A stretch of 64,000 nucleotides of DNA from a virus, in IMG/VR virus record IMGVR_UViG_3300021364_000006; one strand, written 5' to 3'. Positions 46,196 to 55,623 of this stretch are shown here, one piece after another. A program made the translations under genes and the position numbers. The notes beneath the pieces were generated by a model. It was not told the DNA's origin and searched no databases. It worked only from the letters and a program-made list of their open reading frames with translations. How positions within the stretch are numbered: position 1 is the stretch's first letter; each line of letters starts with the position of its first letter.

Positions 46196-47211
46196 CTTAC
46201 GTCATGTCCTCCAAACATTGCTCGCATACCGTTCAATACTTTGAACGCGAAAGCCCCCAAACGACGAGATTCAAAACGCTCAAACAACGCCGTAGAAATG
46301 ACAGGAGTGGGAACACCCAAATCGACAGCGGCATGAACAGTCCAGCGACCTTCACCGCTATCGGAAACCCCTCCATCGAACTTATCAAGCTCTGTATTGC
46401 CCCGAAGTACATCCGCAGTAAGATCCAATAACCAACTGCCGACCACGCTACCACGACGCCATAACTCAGCCACCTCAGCACAGTCAATATCGTAGCAGTA
46501 ATCTTGTGGATTCTCCATCGGAGCCACCTCAGCATCACCTGCTTTGACGTACTTGCTCCCAGCATTAGCTTCATGCAGGATATTAAATCCTTCTGCGTAT
46601 GCTTGCATGATTCCATACTCAACACCATTATGAACCATTTTTACAAAGTGACCAGCGCCTGGTGGTCCACAATGTAACCAACCATACTCGGCAGATGTTG
46701 CTCTAGAGAGTGGGTCAGTTCTATCAGCTGCTCCGATGCCTGGTGCAAGTGCCCTAAAGATAGGAGAGCAGACGGATACTGCAGTATCTGTACCACCAAC
46801 CATAAGACAGTATCCACGCTCCAGACCATAAACTCCACCAGAAGTACCGCAGTCAAGATATTGGATGCCCAACTTAGATAACCTTTCTGCTCTCCTGCGA
46901 GAGTCCTTAAAATTACTATTGCCGTGATCAATAATAATATCTCCTTCACCACAAAACTGTAGTAACTCATTAAGTGTATCCTCCACGGTTTCTGCTGGAA
47001 CTACCATCATAAAGATGCCAGGACCTTTTGATCTAACTTCGCTACAAAGATATTCTATAGATGTACAAACACCTGAGACATAACCTTTCTCAAATGCCTC
47101 TTCAGCCTTGGCATAGTTTCTTCGATATCCCCAGACTTCAATGTCTGCTTTCATCATACGGCGAGACATACCCTCACCCATTCTTCCAAGACCAATCAAT
47201 CCAACTTTCAT
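46192..47211 (-). CDS. gnd: 6-phosphogluconate dehydrogenase (short form)
   Basis: IGLGRMG, DCGTSGG, GAGHFVKMVHNGVEYG, DSGEGRW, FGGH. Confidence 0.97.
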   Translation of the reverse strand: MKVGLIGLGRMGEGMSRRMMKADIEVWGYRRNYAKAEEAFEKGYVSGVCTSIEYLCSEVRSKGPGIFMMVVPAETVEDTLNELLQFCGEGDIIIDHGNSNFKDSRRRAERLSKLGIQYLDCGTSGGVYGLERGYCLMVGGTDTAVSVCSPIFRALAPGIGAADRTDPLSRATSAEYGWLHCGPPGAGHFVKMVHNGVEYGIMQAYAEGFNILHEANAGSKYVKAGDAEVAPMENPQDYCYDIDCAEVAELWRRGSVVGSWLLDLTADVLRGNTELDKFDGGVSDSGEGRWTVHAAVDLGVPTPVISTALFERFESRRLGAFAFKVLNGMRAMFGGHDVR

Positions 47212-47711
47212 TTAATCATCTCCATTGCTTTGAGTAATTCATTACTATGTGTTAGTTCATCATTTAAGATCTCAAGGATCTTATCATCGTGACCATTGAG
47301 TGCTAAGTATTTGGCATATGTGGTGGCAGCATGGACTTCTACTTCGTAGGAGAGATGGTAAGCAGACCTAGGAGCCAACCAGTAATAAACCACGTTGACC
47401 CAATAGTAGATAAGTACAAGGTGTCTGGCCACAAAGCGATCCACAAGATAAGTGTTACCGCCCCTACTCTCCATATACTCAAGATGTTCTGTTTCGTTAA
47501 GTGTTTGAGCAAAATGTTCCTCCATCAGATAGATGTGTTCTGGACCACGTAACCCCATAGATTCTCTAAAATGTAGCACACTCAAGAATGCAAAATAGGG
47601 TGCCCGAGCAATCTCTTCAAGCACCCAAAACCGTTGATAATCTCTTCCCTTATAAAGGAAGTCCAGAATTGCTACTGTGATATCTAAAACAAGTTCATTG
47701 AGTTTCTTCAT
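47208..47711 (-). CDS. ptoX: plastoquinol terminal oxidase
   Basis: RFWVLEEIARAPYF, NETEHL, EVHA..TY, DE..H diiron ligands. Confidence 0.92.
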   Translation of the reverse strand: MKKLNELVLDITVAILDFLYKGRDYQRFWVLEEIARAPYFAFLSVLHFRESMGLRGPEHIYLMEEHFAQTLNETEHLEYMESRGGNTYLVDRFVARHLVLIYYWVNVVYYWLAPRSAYHLSYEVEVHAATTYAKYLALNGHDDKILEILNDELTHSNELLKAMEMIK

Positions 47712-47871
47712 CTTCTTCATAGTCGTAAGTTAAGCGACAGTCCCAATAGTGGTCTTCTTCCCACTCTGGTTCATAAAGAGGACAAGGTTCCTCAAAGAGA
47801 TGTTGCATCCTTAGTTGATTGATACGCTCTCTGAGGGACTTATAAAACTCTCTCTTTTGTTCTGAATTCAT
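47695..47871 (-). CDS. hypothetical protein (58 aa)
   Basis: MNSEQKREFYKSLRERI...HLFEEPCPLYE; ATGA overlap with petE. Confidence 0.6.
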   Translation of the reverse strand: MNSEQKREFYKSLRERINQLRMQHLFEEPCPLYEPEWEEDHYWDCRLTYDYEEDEETQ

Positions 47872-48191
47872 TCTACATGAACAGTGCCAATCATACCTGC
47901 ACCTTTATGGGGACCACACCAATAAGTATAGTCACCAGCTTCGGGAAATGCAACATCAAACTCTTCGCCTGGTAACATTGCCAGGGCTTCGTGACCTAAT
48001 TCTGGATGATCCTCAATAATTACATTATGAGGAGGAAGCATATTATTAACAAAATGAACAGACTCCCCAGCACTGATCGTTACCTCTGCAGGATCGAAAA
48101 CTAAATTGCCATTAGAACCCATTTGAACATCAACAGCCCAGGCAGGGACTGCAAAAAACAGGGATGCTAGAAACGCGAAAAAGAACTTCAT
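47868..48191 (-). CDS. petE: plastocyanin
   Basis: Signal peptide; PPHN and YWCGPHKGAGM copper ligands. Confidence 0.97.
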   Translation of the reverse strand: MKFFFAFLASLFFAVPAWAVDVQMGSNGNLVFDPAEVTISAGESVHFVNNMLPPHNVIIEDHPELGHEALAMLPGEEFDVAFPEAGDYTYWCGPHKGAGMIGTVHVE

Positions 48192-48197
48192 GTTCTG

Positions 48198-48401
48198 TTA
48201 CTCGACTACACTATCTAGGTATTTCCGCTCTTCTTTATACAAAAAATCAAGATTTCTATCTAGATATATTTCGATTCCCTGACGTAAATCTGGTAGCAAC
48301 CATTCATCAATACGATAGCAATATTGCCAGTTGGCTGGTTGAATGCAATTCATTACAACAACAGTCCAAAATGCCGTTAAGTGATTAGTAATAGTAAGCA
48401 T
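48198..48401 (-). CDS. hypothetical protein
   Basis: FWTVVVMNCIQPANWQYC motif. Confidence 0.65.
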   Translation of the reverse strand: MLTITNHLTAFWTVVVMNCIQPANWQYCYRIDEWLLPDLRQGIEIYLDRNLDFLYKEERKYLDSVVE

Positions 48402-48402
48402 T

Positions 48403-48426
48403 AAAAAAGGACCCGTAGGTCCTTTT
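48403..48426. terminator. bidirectional intrinsic terminator
   Basis: AAAAAAGGACC-CGTA-GGTCCTTTT. Confidence 0.7.
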
Positions 48427-48451
48427 ATTGTATCATAGGTTCGATTTTAAT

Positions 48452-48661
48452 TCAACCAACAGGGTGATCTCTTAGTACCTCCCGACATACTTTTTTACAC
48501 GTTGCTTGACTATCATCACACTCAATCAAACAATCATAGTAATCGTTAATTACATCGGCTTCCTCCATTGATCGATCCAGAGATTTGTTTAGACGACGGA
48601 ATGATTCTTTCCATCCAGCAAGTTGATTATGCGAGAGTAAATTGTGCATAATGTTCTCCAC
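48452..48661 (-). CDS. small Cys-rich cyanobacterial-type protein
   Basis: DYYDCLIECDDSQATCKKVC. Confidence 0.7.
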   Translation of the reverse strand: MENIMHNLLSHNQLAGWKESFRRLNKSLDRSMEEADVINDYYDCLIECDDSQATCKKVCREVLRDHPVG

Positions 48662-48785
48662 TATTTACATTCATGATCAGAAATTGAAGGGGGGTTTCAC
48701 TTCATTCGTGAGTTCCTAATTCTATATTCTATGTATACAAGTTTGTGTTAATTAACTAACATTTGTTAAAAGAACATAAAAGTAC

Positions 48786-48816
48786 AAAAAAAGAGAGGTT
48801 GTGAAACCTCTCTTTT
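48786..48816. terminator. intrinsic terminator
   Basis: AAAAAAAGAGAGGTT-GTGA-AACCTCTCTTTT. Confidence 0.7.
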
Positions 48817-48821
48817 AAGTT

Positions 48822-49031
48822 TTATTTGTCTTCGTATAATTTTTCTAGTTTCTCTCTAGAAAGATCTACATACATTACTTCATCACCAGGAGCAGGAGCT
48901 TCTGGATGGCGTGGTTTGGGTTTATTCATTTCCACATTAATGGATTGAATATTAGACCACATCATCGCAAACGAAGCACCTGCAATAATACCAAAGCAAA
49001 GAAAGTAAAAGAAAATTTCAAAGTTGTTCAT
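48822..49031 (-). CDS. small membrane protein (DUF2973-like)
   Basis: TM helix followed by RHPE motif. Confidence 0.6.
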   Translation of the reverse strand: MNNFEIFFYFLCFGIIAGASFAMMWSNIQSINVEMNKPKPRHPEAPAPGDEVMYVDLSREKLEKLYEDK

Positions 49032-49034
49032 AGT

Positions 49035-49157
49035 TTAATTTCCTTGATAGGTTGGAATCATCATGCCACCTCCCATATCATCATCGTCATCAGGATTCTG
49101 AGTGACGAAATATAAGATCATGAGTATAACAGTTCCAACCAAATATTCAAAGTGCAT
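49035..49157 (-). CDS. 40-aa TM peptide ([13 protein letters not shown] motif)
   Basis: Start overlaps the psbD stop region. Confidence 0.55.
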   Translation of the reverse strand: MHFEYLVGTVILMILYFVTQNPDDDDDMGGGMMIPTYQGN

Positions 49158-50202
49158 TTCCACGGGGGAGAACTTCCTCAGGGAAGATGAAGTTTTCATG
49201 TGGTTGATCAACTTGAGCCATCCAGTTACGGAGACCTTCATTTAGAAGGATGTTCTTGGTGTAGAACGTTTCAAACTCTGGGTCTTCTGCTGCACGAATT
49301 TCTTGAGAGACAAAATCATAAGCGCGAAGATTGAGAGCAAGTCCGATAATACCAATAGAAGCAGTCCAAAGACCCATAACGGGAACAAAAAGCATAAAGA
49401 AATGAAGCCAACGCTTATTAGAGAAAGCAATGCCAAAGATCTGCGACCAGAATCTATTTGCCGTGACCATTGAATACGTCTCTTCTTCTTGAGTCGAATC
49501 AAAAGCCTTAAAAGTGTTTGCTTGTTCGCCATCTTGATACAGGGTATTTTCTACAGTCACTCCATGAATTGCAGAAAGGAGTGCTCCTCCAAGTATACCA
49601 GCAACTCCCATCATATGGAAGGGATTAAGCGTCCAATTGTGGAATCCCTGAAGGAATAGGAGAAAGCGGAAGATCGCTGCAACACCAAATGACGGCGCAA
49701 AGAACCAGCTGGATTGTCCAAGAGGATAGATGAGAAATACACTAACAAATACGGCAATAGGACCCGAAAAAGCAATTGCATTGTACGGTCTAATCCCTAC
49801 GAGACGACTAATTTCAAACTGCCGAAGCATGAAACCTATGAGAGCAAAGGCTCCGTGGAGCGCCACAAAATTCCAGAGTCCCCCAAGTTGGACCCAGCGG
49901 ACGAAATCTCCCTGAGACTCAGGACCCCAAAGTAGAAGAAGAGAATGACCCATAGCGTCAGCAGGAGTTGACACAGCTGCCGTGAGGAAATTAGCACCTT
50001 CAAGATAGGAAGACGCCAATCCGTGGGTATACCAGCTTGTAACAAACGTCGTGCCAGTAAGCCAGCCACCAATTGCCATATAAGCAGTGGGAAAAAGTAG
50101 TAGTCCAGACCAGCCCACAAATACAAAGCGGTCTCGTTTAAGCCAGTCATCCAGGACATCGAACCATCCTCTCTGTGGTGGTGAAAGTGTTGATGCTACC
50201 AT
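49147..50202 (-). CDS. psbD: photosystem II D2 protein
   Basis: [21 protein letters not shown]...[10 protein letters not shown]. Confidence 0.99.
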   Translation of the reverse strand: MVASTLSPPQRGWFDVLDDWLKRDRFVFVGWSGLLLFPTAYMAIGGWLTGTTFVTSWYTHGLASSYLEGANFLTAAVSTPADAMGHSLLLLWGPESQGDFVRWVQLGGLWNFVALHGAFALIGFMLRQFEISRLVGIRPYNAIAFSGPIAVFVSVFLIYPLGQSSWFFAPSFGVAAIFRFLLFLQGFHNWTLNPFHMMGVAGILGGALLSAIHGVTVENTLYQDGEQANTFKAFDSTQEEETYSMVTANRFWSQIFGIAFSNKRWLHFFMLFVPVMGLWTASIGIIGLALNLRAYDFVSQEIRAAEDPEFETFYTKNILLNEGLRNWMAQVDQPHENFIFPEEVLPRGNAL

Positions 50203-50204
50203 TA

Positions 50205-50459
50205 CTATTTAAAACCTCCATTAGATTTTTTTGTTTTATTGTTTTCTTTATCTAACACTTCAACGTGTGAGATAAATTGTGGTGGATTTTGAAACCATAA
50301 CATCTGAACAGTATCCCAATTGTCAGTAACAATTGTTTTGCCATTTGTCATGAAGACTTTGTAATCATGTCTGTCATATGGCTCTTCAGAAGTTAATTCA
50401 AAATACTGTGGATCACTTTTTTGAATTAGATTCATGAGGATGTGCTGGTTTGAATTCAC
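50205..50459 (-). CDS. hypothetical protein
   Basis: PYDRHDY motif, ends GGFK; start uncertain. Confidence 0.65.
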   Translation of the reverse strand: MNSNQHILMNLIQKSDPQYFELTSEEPYDRHDYKVFMTNGKTIVTDNWDTVQMLWFQNPPQFISHVEVLDKENNKTKKSNGGFK

Positions 50460-50772
50460 CTTCTGGAAATGGTTGAGATTTACTCAAATCTCTACGAGAC
50501 TGGTTCTTAATAATAATGAAAGCATCTTTATTATACTTTCGAGTACCTAAAGGTGATTGCCACTTTTTGTTGTACTCCTCACCAACATCAATACCAGAAA
50601 CTGAAGTACCACCAATCTCTATGTCAATCTCATCGGTTGATTCCCACCCGAGAGTTTTAATTGTTGCTTGTACCGTGTCCATGATACCGCCTTCTTTCCA
50701 GGCAAAGTATTCAGGATCTTCCATAACGTGTTCCTCTGGATCAAGTTTACCAATCATAATAGTATCACACAA
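50413..50772 (-). CDS. conserved cyanophage hypothetical protein
   Basis: IGGTSVSGI...KWQSP.GTRKYNKDAFIIIKN. Confidence 0.7.
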   Translation of the reverse strand: MCDTIMIGKLDPEEHVMEDPEYFAWKEGGIMDTVQATIKTLGWESTDEIDIEIGGTSVSGIDVGEEYNKKWQSPLGTRKYNKDAFIIIKNQSRRDLSKSQPFPEGEFKPAHPHESNSKK

Positions 50773-50804
50773 AGTAAAGGGACAACAACAGTTGAAATAC
50801 CTAT

Positions 50805-50835
50805 AAAAAACCCCGCCAGATATTCTCTGACGGGG
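50805..50835 (-). terminator. terminator after psbA
   Basis: CCCCGTCAGA/TCTGGCGGGG stem plus T6. Confidence 0.75.
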
Positions 50836-50856
50836 ATGGGACTACCATCAGTCATA

Positions 50857-51936
50857 TCAACCGATGGAAGGAGCAGTTAGAGCCACAGGAGTGGATTCAG
50901 CAGCAGCAAGGTCAAGAGGGAAGTTGTGAGCGTTACGCTCATGCATGACTTCCATGCCTAGACCAGCGCGGTTGAGTACGTCTGCCCAGGTGTTCAGAAC
51001 ACGACCTTGACCATCTTGGATGGACTGGTTGAAGTTGAAACCATTGAGGTTGAATGCCATGGTGCTAACACCAAGTGCAGTGAACCAGATTCCTACGACA
51101 GGCCATGCTGCGAGGAAGAAGTGTAGTGAACGGGAGTTGTTGAAAGACGCATATTGGAAGATGAGACGACCAAAGTAACCGTGAGCGGCGACGATGTTGT
51201 AGGTCTCTTCTTCTTGACCGAACTTATAACCATAGTTCTGGGACTCGGTTTCAGTGGTTTCACGAACCAGTGAAGAGGTAACTAGTGAACCATGCATTGC
51301 GGAGAACAGTGAACCACCGAAGACACCAGCCACACCTAGCATGTGGAAGGGGTGCATTAGGATGTTGTGCTCTGCTTGGAAGACAAGCATGTAGTTGAAA
51401 GTACCAGAGATGCCAAGAGGCATACCATCAGAGAAAGAACCTTGACCGAAAGGATAGACCAGGAACACTGCACTCGCTGCAGCAACAGGTGCCGAGTATG
51501 CAACACAGATCCAGGGACGCATACCTAGACGGTAGGAAAGTTCCCACTCACGACCCATATAGCAGAAGACGCCAATGAGGAAATGGAATACTACAAGTTG
51601 GTAAGGACCACCGTTATACAGCCACTCGTCAAGCGATGCGGCTTCCCAGATGGGATAGAAGTGAAGACCAATTGCGTTGGAAGAGGGAACAACTGCACCA
51701 GAGATGATGTTGTTTCCGTACATGAGTGAACCAGCGACGGGTTCACGGATGCCGTCGATGTCCACAGGGGGAGCAGCGACGAAGGCGGTGATGAAGCAGA
51801 TTGTGGCTGCCAACAGAGTTGGGATCATCAGCACACCGAACCAACCGACATAGAGGCGGTTATTGGTAGAAGTTACCCACTCGCAGAAATTCTCCCAAGT
51901 GGATGCGCCTTGCTGGCGCGAAAGAGTTGAAGCCAT
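50857..51936 (-). CDS. psbA: photosystem II D1 protein
   Basis: [14 protein letters not shown]...[14 protein letters not shown]; no intron. Confidence 0.99.
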   Translation of the reverse strand: MASTLSRQQGASTWENFCEWVTSTNNRLYVGWFGVLMIPTLLAATICFITAFVAAPPVDIDGIREPVAGSLMYGNNIISGAVVPSSNAIGLHFYPIWEAASLDEWLYNGGPYQLVVFHFLIGVFCYMGREWELSYRLGMRPWICVAYSAPVAAASAVFLVYPFGQGSFSDGMPLGISGTFNYMLVFQAEHNILMHPFHMLGVAGVFGGSLFSAMHGSLVTSSLVRETTETESQNYGYKFGQEEETYNIVAAHGYFGRLIFQYASFNNSRSLHFFLAAWPVVGIWFTALGVSTMAFNLNGFNFNQSIQDGQGRVLNTWADVLNRAGLGMEVMHERNAHNFPLDLAAAESTPVALTAPSIG

Positions 51937-51952
51937 TGTTTTAAACAAAAAA

Positions 51953-52056
51953 GTAAGACCATCAGGGAAATGGTGGAGTTACTATTTCCTCGCACCCTTA
52001 GCGAGGATATGAAAGACGTTTTTATACTCCCTAGAGGTCTTGGTTTACGGGGAGTT
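51953..52056 (-). ncRNA. PhotoRC-II-like structured leader of psbA
   Basis: ACTCCC/GGGAGT, CCTCGC/GCGAGG and CCAT/ATGG stems; loop complementarities AAGAC/GTCTT and AGGG/CCCT; position in the phage psbA 5' UTR. Confidence 0.7.
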
Positions 52057-52098
52057 GAACAAAAAATTAAGAACGTTACGTTTCTTAACCTGTTGACT

Positions 52099-52132
52099 TA
52101 TTTAGTATAACAGATCCTAGGGGGCCCGTCAA
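52099..52132 (-). promoter_or_regulatory. psbA promoter TTGACG-N17-TATACT overlapped by late-type CTAAATA
   Basis: Read directly from sequence. Confidence 0.75.
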
Positions 52133-52180
52133 GAGGATTGGTCAGGATAAATAGAAGCAGCTAACCTAATGGGTCAATTC

Positions 52181-52669
52181 ATGAAAAAAGTATTTTTGAC
52201 TTTGGGAATGCTTTTGATGGCCGCCCCTGCTTACGCAGACATTACAACTAAAATGTCCTCTAGCGTTCAGTTGACCGTAGACGCTGCCGCCTCACAAGCA
52301 ACCCGAATTGGATCTTCATACTCTGTAAGTGGATCTAACGTTTCGATTACCACGGAGGGTGGTCTTGGAGCACTTACTGCTGGTAGCGCAGTTGGTTATA
52401 CAGCAACCGACTACTCTGCCCCCTCCGATGGAACCGCCTACAGCTTCAGTGAAGCGTTCACAGAAGGAGACGCAACCCCATCAAACACAACCATTACTAG
52501 CGGTGTGGCTCCATCCCTCCCCGCGTTTGGAAGTGTCACGACCACTGCTGGTGGGGTGGCTGGCGACCTCGCTGGGAGTATCGATAGCTCTGGCACGCTC
52601 TCACTGACCGCTGGCGGAGCTGGTACTTCAGCCACTGGCCAATTCGTAACCGAAATCACCGTCAAATAA
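52181..52669 (+). CDS. secreted Ser/Thr/Gly-rich hypothetical protein
   Basis: Signal peptide; ATAAATA at 52147. Confidence 0.75.
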   Translation: MKKVFLTLGMLLMAAPAYADITTKMSSSVQLTVDAAASQATRIGSSYSVSGSNVSITTEGGLGALTAGSAVGYTATDYSAPSDGTAYSFSEAFTEGDATPSNTTITSGVAPSLPAFGSVTTTAGGVAGDLAGSIDSSGTLSLTAGGAGTSATGQFVTEITVK

Positions 52670-53113
52670 ATGACTAGATTACAAGAAGCAATCAGTCTAG
52701 GATTGGTTCTTGGTGTGATTCATGGTTTGGTTCAACCTGCATATTCAGTGCCTGTTGTACCAAACTTCACACAGGGCTCAATGACGAGCCACACCGAAAC
52801 CACATCCAAGGTAACTGAGACCATCAATTCGATGGACTATAACACTGGATATCAATATTCAGCAACTGGATCTGGTATTACAGCAAATGGAAATTTATCC
52901 CCAGGTACGGGATCTATAAATGTAACTATTGATGGAGTGACATCATCATGGACAGGGGTAACAAGCAAACCAACGTTCCAACAAACAACACCAGGTGCAG
53001 CGTTTCAGTTCACGGAAACGTACATGGGACCAGGGCTAAGCAACCACACGATTATTCAGAGAGAAACGGAAGTAACAAGCGTCACAGACACTACAAGTAT
53101 CTTCCAGCAGTAA
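52670..53113 (+). CDS. secreted hypothetical protein (VPVVPNF.QG motif)
   Basis: Signal peptide. Confidence 0.75.
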   Translation: MTRLQEAISLGLVLGVIHGLVQPAYSVPVVPNFTQGSMTSHTETTSKVTETINSMDYNTGYQYSATGSGITANGNLSPGTGSINVTIDGVTSSWTGVTSKPTFQQTTPGAAFQFTETYMGPGLSNHTIIQRETEVTSVTDTTSIFQQ

Positions 53114-53931
53114 TCGCATTGCTATTTGCATCTCCAGTAAATGCAGAAACTGTTGGTGGTGTTAGTGCAACTGCTGCTCCTGTAGCAAACTCATCAGGAT
53201 CAGTGACCAATCAGGCCATCCAGGTATTACAAGGCCCATATATCACTAACACGTATGGTGGAGGAATCCAGTGTCAAGGGCCCACTCTAAATATCACCCC
53301 ATTCATAACAGGTTCTGCATCTGCACAAAAACCTTTTGAGGATTTTTATGATACTCCAGTTTATGATATGCGTGATCTAGATGAAGATGGAGCACCCGAT
53401 AATCCAGGCTCGATTCTTTGGTATCAACCAACAAGAACTGGACAGAAAGACAATTACAATCTGTCACTAGGTGTCAGTGCAACGTGGTCAATTCCACAAG
53501 ATAAAAAATTACAAGATCAATGTAAGCAAGCAGCAAATGCAAACATCGATCTTATGCGTCAACAACATGCCAATAAAAGGCTCGACTTTGAGATAGCTCG
53601 TCTCAAGAATTGTGGCGAATTAATGCAAAAAGGAATCATGTTTCACCCAAAGAGCCCATACTATTCTGTGTGTGCAGATGTGGTGGTGATGAATAAAAAT
53701 CAAATTGCACCACATCGCCATACTATCCCCGCCCCTTCAAGGTCCGAATCGCCTTATTCCTCAGACGCTGCTGCCCTCGGCGCTCCTTTAACGACTCCAC
53801 CTGGGTCTTCTTACCCCTTATCGCGGCAATCTTCTTTATCACCTTCTTCACAGTCGGTTTCACCACTCTTAACAAAAGATCAGCAAGAGGTTTTGCGAGC
53901 AGTGCAGAAGTCGTCGCAACAACGGCAATAG
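52948..53931 (+). CDS. secreted hypothetical protein; start ambiguous
   Basis: ANSSGSVTNQAIQV, CQGPT and ARLKNCG motifs. Confidence 0.7.
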   Translation: MDRGNKQTNVPTNNTRCSVSVHGNVHGTRAKQPHDYSERNGSNKRHRHYKYLPAVIALLFASPVNAETVGGVSATAAPVANSSGSVTNQAIQVLQGPYITNTYGGGIQCQGPTLNITPFITGSASAQKPFEDFYDTPVYDMRDLDEDGAPDNPGSILWYQPTRTGQKDNYNLSLGVSATWSIPQDKKLQDQCKQAANANIDLMRQQHANKRLDFEIARLKNCGELMQKGIMFHPKSPYYSVCADVVVMNKNQIAPHRHTIPAPSRSESPYSSDAAALGAPLTTPPGSSYPLSRQSSLSPSSQSVSPLLTKDQQEVLRAVQKSSQQRQ

Positions 53932-54484
53932 ATGCAGTGGTGGTGATTGCACCCGCTGATGGTATTGCCTGAACAATCTGATCTGGGATCTTGATATCTT
54001 CTTTAACTGGTATACATTCTTTTCCGACCAGTCTATATTCAACAATTTTTTTAGTCCCACCATCTACTAGTGTACCGATAGGTTCCTTGAGTTCTTGTGC
54101 TTCTGTTGGACAGTTTACAGTGACAGCTCGATCGACTGGAATTTCAGGCGTTTCTGGTACTGCTGGTGGGGCTTTATATGGTGGAACTGGTGCCTTAGGT
54201 GTTTGTATGTGATCTTCAGCATTAAAGTTAATTGGATTAAATGCTGGAATACTACCATCACAAAAAACCCTGGCACCATTTTCATCATCATCTGATAGTT
54301 CACCATTTCTTCCCCTGTCTTGTGGGTGTGCAACAACACACCCAGGGATGTCAACAACTGGAACTCCAATGTTCTGTGTGACAGGAACAGTTGGTGGTAA
54401 TGATTGTGGTGGTGTACGTACCCAAGTATTGATCTCTGGAATATCAAGAGATCGGATTCCAATATCACGAATTTCCATCAGCAA
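53723..54484 (-). CDS. Pro-rich membrane-anchored hypothetical protein
   Basis: P.VDIPGCV, CDG..P.F.P, LAKPLADLLL.VVKP motifs. Confidence 0.7.
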   Translation of the reverse strand: MLMEIRDIGIRSLDIPEINTWVRTPPQSLPPTVPVTQNIGVPVVDIPGCVVAHPQDRGRNGELSDDDENGARVFCDGSIPAFNPINFNAEDHIQTPKAPVPPYKAPPAVPETPEIPVDRAVTVNCPTEAQELKEPIGTLVDGGTKKIVEYRLVGKECIPVKEDIKIPDQIVQAIPSAGAITTTASIAVVATTSALLAKPLADLLLRVVKPTVKKVIKKIAAIRGKKTQVESLKERRGQQRLRNKAIRTLKGRG

Positions 54485-55050
54485 TCATTAAACGCACTAC
54501 CAATTTCAGATCCAATTTCAGATCCTGCTTTTTGACCCAACATCAATGCCCAACCACCAGCTAACCATCCAACATAAGGAATACTAGAAACAGCAGGAAC
54601 TGCAACACCAGCAGCGATAGCACTACCCGCCATTGCACCTTGTGACCGTGCTCCAGCGTCCGCCACGATGCACTCTACTTCTTTTGCAGACTTTCCCTCA
54701 CCGTCCAGCGTTGTGGCACCTCCCATGTTTCTAACACCGTCCATGGTAAATTGATCAGTGCGGTATTCTCTCCGCTTCTCAACTCCTCCACCAAAGAGCC
54801 CTTTCTTGTCACGATCAACTTCTAGTGACTTATTGGACTCTAAGATAGCAGGATCATTCGCTTTAAATTTTATTTTATACCCATCTTTATTTGCTTCTAC
54901 TTCATATGAGGAGTAGTCACCAGATGGGAAATTTATCATTGGATAGTCTGGTTTGGTTTCCTGCATAAGATAACCAAGCAAACCTACATGAGCAACAGCA
55001 AAAAGACCGCCAACAACAATGCCAACAGTCTTGAAAGTAAATGGTTTCAT
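54478..55050 (-). CDS. membrane protein with glycine-zipper-like C-terminus
   Basis: GAMAGSAIAAG...IPYVGWLAGGW. Confidence 0.7.
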   Translation of the reverse strand: MKPFTFKTVGIVVGGLFAVAHVGLLGYLMQETKPDYPMINFPSGDYSSYEVEANKDGYKIKFKANDPAILESNKSLEVDRDKKGLFGGGVEKRREYRTDQFTMDGVRNMGGATTLDGEGKSAKEVECIVADAGARSQGAMAGSAIAAGVAVPAVSSIPYVGWLAGGWALMLGQKAGSEIGSEIGSAFNDC

Positions 55051-55052
55051 TT

Positions 55053-55310
55053 TTAGAAAGGCATCACGCCACCAGTAGCACTAGGAACTTCGGGAACAAC
55101 ATTGCCAGTTACTTCTGGTAACTCAGGCATTGCTCCATCCAACATACCAGGGAGTGCTGAAGTAATTGCTTCAGTGGCATGTTTTGTTACTTGTTCTTTA
55201 ACGCCATCAATAATAGCGTCTCTTTGTAGATACAAATAAGTTCCACCACCGACGATGCCTGCAACACCGACGAATGATAGAACTGATAGAACATTAATTA
55301 ACTTTTGCAT
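55053..55310 (-). CDS. membrane-anchored hypothetical protein
   Basis: Probable start MQKLIN. Confidence 0.7.
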   Translation of the reverse strand: MQKLINVLSVLSFVGVAGIVGGGTYLYLQRDAIIDGVKEQVTKHATEAITSALPGMLDGAMPELPEVTGNVVPEVPSATGGVMPF

Positions 55311-55593
55311 TTTCTTCCTCCTTTTTACCAATAGGTGGTGCTTTCTTAGGAGCAGTACCACCATTTTTGGCAGGACTCAAACCAAATGCAGCTAAAGAGC
55401 CAGAAAACACTGATGCAATGAAGGTAGGGTCAAAATCAAGAATTTTTTGACCGTTTGGAAGTCTGACGTAGCTAAACGTGAGAAGAGATGCGGACCATAT
55501 AAGTACGACAACTTTCACCAGATTACCAAGAACTTCACTCTTATCTTCATCATGGTCCTTCTCTTCTACATCTGCTTTGGATTTTCCAAGCAT
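55294..55593 (-). CDS. two-TM protein (DPTFIASVF motif), holin-like size
   Basis: Two hydrophobic segments and a basic tail; CTAAATA upstream. Confidence 0.65.
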   Translation of the reverse strand: MLGKSKADVEEKDHDEDKSEVLGNLVKVVVLIWSASLLTFSYVRLPNGQKILDFDPTFIASVFSGSLAAFGLSPAKNGGTAPKKAPPIGKKEEENAKVN

Positions 55594-55623
55594 TAGTAGA
55601 GAGCAAGGCCCTGGTATTTAGCA

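Noticed and set aside
49147-51936. Group I intron or homing endonuclease in or near psbA/psbD
   Set aside because: Both genes are uninterrupted; the intervening ORFs show no HNH, GIY-YIG or LAGLIDADG motif
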